DNA from: Acidobacteriota bacterium
GTDB lineage: Bacteria; Acidobacteriota; Terriglobia; Terriglobales; Acidobacteriaceae
Direction of reading: 5' to 3'
NCBI GenBank assembly: GCA_003225175.1
Contig: QIBA01000056.1
Location: 23,790-87,789 of the forward strand
Length of the DNA: 64,000 bases
Shown one piece after another: positions 62,029 to 64,000 of this stretch (positions within the stretch are counted from its first letter, which is position 1; each line of letters starts with the position of its first letter). A model generated the notes under the pieces. That model made no database searches. It was given only the letters and a program-made list of their open reading frames with translations, and was not told the origin of the DNA. The position numbers were made by a program, and so were the translations under genes.

Positions 62029-62550
62029 TTGCTGTACAACGCGCGAGTCACAACAGATTTTCACAGTTCGTCGGGCGAGAGCGCTCGGTACTCCGGACTA
62101 CAGATCTTGATAACGATGACACAGAACAGTCTCAATACTGACCACGTACTGTCAGCCACGACGACGTCAGAGTGCTCCATTCATTTGGACGATCTGCGCA
62201 ACTTCGCGGCACGGCTTCGTTCCATTTCAGAACGTGCTCGCAAGCTTCTCGTGCACATCGCAGAGATGGCATACCACGGACGCGGGCAGGATCGGAGGAC
62301 CGATGTTGCTTACCTTCCTGAGCTGTACGAATCCACAGGCCTGGATGTTGAATCCATGTATGCGCTGTTGAAAGAGCTGCAGGCTGCACAATTTGTTGTT
62401 GTCGAGGATCAATATCCGTTTGAGGACGTCAAAATACTGTCGTGTGGATCAGGATGGAATGCTTTAGCCGCGATCTCAAGTCTTGCTGAAGCGAAAAGAA
62501 TTCCCTTACGCGACGTTATTGCCGACGTCCATTTTGAGCTGTTGCAATGA
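62029..62550 (+). CDS. Hypothetical protein, translationally coupled to boxR (ATGA overlap)
   Basis: 173-aa ORF with no recognizable motif. True start may be the internal M at 62116. Confidence 0.4.
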   Translation: MLYNARVTTDFHSSSGESARYSGLQILITMTQNSLNTDHVLSATTTSECSIHLDDLRNFAARLRSISERARKLLVHIAEMAYHGRGQDRRTDVAYLPELYESTGLDVESMYALLKELQAAQFVVVEDQYPFEDVKILSCGSGWNALAAISSLAEAKRIPLRDVIADVHFELLQ

Positions 62551-63491
62551 GTAGAGTGTCCCACTACGGAACGGAGCTGGTGCAACCAACCGGTCGACCG
62601 GAGACTAAACCGCCAGAGCAGAGCGACTCCGAATACTTGCGTTTATTGGGCGAGAATGTTCGCGCAGCCCGTGCGCGCCGCGGGATGACGCGAAAGATGC
62701 TGGCCACCGACTCCAGCGTCTCGGAGCGATTTCTCGCGCAACTCGAGAGCGGAACCGGGAACGCTTCGGTGCTGATCCTACGGCAGATTTCGCAGGCGCT
62801 CAATCTGTCGCTTGAGGCTATGCTGCCCGGCGCACACGAACATTCTGTCGAAATGGAACGCGCTCTGAGTCTTCTGCAGCGACTGGAGCCGCTTGAGTTG
62901 CGCGAGGCACAAGAGCTTCTATTCCAGCGATTCGGCAAAAAGAGGAGTGAGAATGATCGCCGTCATCGCATCGCGCTCATTGGTCTTCGCGGCGCCGGAA
63001 AATCTACTATCGGCAAGCTCCTTAGCAGGAAATTGGAGCTGCCTTTCTTCGAGCTCGATGGGCTGATTGAACAGACCAGCGGCATCTCCCTAAGCATGAT
63101 CTTCGACCTCTACGGACAGAGCGGATTTCGACGATTCGAACGACGCTGCCTGGACAACCTGCTGAGCACGCAGCAGAGATTTATCGTCGCAACCGGCGGC
63201 AGTCTGGTGTCGGAACCCTCTACATATGACCTGCTGCTCACGAGCTGCTACACGATCTGGCTTCGGGCTACGCCGCAGGACCACATGTCCCGTGTGATTG
63301 CGCAAGGCGACATACGGCCCATGGCGCAGAGTGCCGAAGCAATGTCGGATTTAGAACGCATTCTCGCGGAGCGCGACGAGCTGTACAGAAGAGCCGATGC
63401 GTCGATCGATACCAATGGAAAGTCCGTAGAGGAAGTGATTCAGGAATGCTTCCACAATCTTGAATCCATGTTGGACGTTGCGCGCAAATAG
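62547..63491 (+). CDS. boxR: BoxR/BzdR-type regulator: N-terminal XRE HTH + C-terminal shikimate-kinase-like domain
   Basis: HTH LGENVRAARARRGMTRKMLATDSSVSERFLAQLESG. P-loop IGLRGAGKSTIG and shikimate-kinase-like fold. Confidence 0.8.
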   Translation: MSRVSHYGTELVQPTGRPETKPPEQSDSEYLRLLGENVRAARARRGMTRKMLATDSSVSERFLAQLESGTGNASVLILRQISQALNLSLEAMLPGAHEHSVEMERALSLLQRLEPLELREAQELLFQRFGKKRSENDRRHRIALIGLRGAGKSTIGKLLSRKLELPFFELDGLIEQTSGISLSMIFDLYGQSGFRRFERRCLDNLLSTQQRFIVATGGSLVSEPSTYDLLLTSCYTIWLRATPQDHMSRVIAQGDIRPMAQSAEAMSDLERILAERDELYRRADASIDTNGKSVEEVIQECFHNLESMLDVARK

Positions 63492-63547
63492 CACAAACTC
63501 GAATCCGGGCGGGGGAGCACCCGAATCGACGTGGTCTTGCGTCAGGA

Positions 63548-64000
63548 CTAATGTGTGATCGAGATTCGAATTCGCGAGGCTCCAATGTACTTGTCGGCGC
63601 CGCCATAGTAGATCCACCACTCGTCTTTGCTTTTGTCTTTCACCATGCCTTCCGTGAATACCACATTAGGAACCTGACCTACGCGCTGCCAGTCGGTTTG
63701 CGGGCGCAGGAACGGCGTTTCTGCTCGCGCGATCAGCTTGCTCGGATCAGTCTTGTCGAACAGAGCCCACGCCGTGGTGTACACCAGCTTATCGTCAGCA
63801 GCGTTGTAGATAAGTAGGATTCCAGCATCGGTGACGATCGGCGGCGGACCAGGTTCCATAACTCTCGAATCGAATGCACCGGCTCGGCGAGGCAGCACCG
63901 GCTGCGCTGTCGCATCGCTCCAATGAAGCAGATCCCCGGAGAATGCCAATCCCATGTAGTCGCGCTTGTCGGACGCAGTTCCAAGATAGTACATCCACCA
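63548..64000 (-). CDS. GH130/GH43-like beta-propeller glycosidase/phosphorylase, C-terminal part (gene continues past the window end)
   Basis: ...WWIYYGGADKYIGAS at the C-terminus resembles the GH130 YYGAAD motif. ORF is open to the window edge. Confidence 0.45.
   Translation of the reverse strand, partial: WWMYYLGTASDKRDYMGLAFSGDLLHWSDATAQPVLPRRAGAFDSRVMEPGPPPIVTDAGILLIYNAADDKLVYTTAWALFDKTDPSKLIARAETPFLRPQTDWQRVGQVPNVVFTEGMVKDKSKDEWWIYYGGADKYIGASRIRISITH

Overview
This is a high-GC bacterial chromosomal segment. Three very large TonB-dependent receptors with N-terminal carboxypeptidase-regulatory-like domains, and the overall gene content, suggest an Acidobacteriota-like soil organism. All calls below were made by eye from the ORF translations and the raw sequence, and no database searches were run. 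Window order: (1) a Phd/VapC toxin-antitoxin pair flanked by ~290-bp direct repeats that duplicate the 3' end of the adjacent gene; (2) an 1146-aa polypeptide (1380-4820) fusing a GH18-like domain, a CE4 polysaccharide deacetylase and a processive GT2 synthase (motifs TFDDG, HTxxHP, RPPY, LLHDGG, DDGS, QRFRW) - the most striking item and the strongest candidate for an undescribed system; (3) a divergent GT-C membrane glycosyltransferase, a LolA-like protein, small hypotheticals, and an apparently ATPase-less HisKA-like protein coupled to a single-domain response regulator; (4) housekeeping genes serS, an alkaline-phosphatase-family gene, pyrD, tRNA-Gly(GCC) and tRNA-Cys(GCA), a bicupin oxalate-decarboxylase-like gene and a TPR protein; (5) a ~29-kb glucuronoxylan/xylose utilization locus with two TonB-dependent receptors, two LacI regulators sharing one palindromic operator, a ROK regulator, GH10, GH3, a standalone CE15, an SGNH esterase, a GH67-CE15 fusion, a GH3 pseudogene, xylB and xylA; (6) an SPFH protein, an MFS/Old-Yellow-Enzyme-like/DHDPS-like operon, an IorAB-like molybdenum hydroxylase and a third TonB-dependent receptor; (7) an aerobic benzoyl-CoA (box) cluster boxC-boxB-orf-boxR with a TGCA-N6-TGCA operator; (8) a partial GH130-like gene at the window end. 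Other flagged items include a repeated GCTTAG array at the EPS divergent promoter, a recurrent CTTCGTGAC...GTGTTCGCTCC element, and inverted/direct repeats around the tRNAs.
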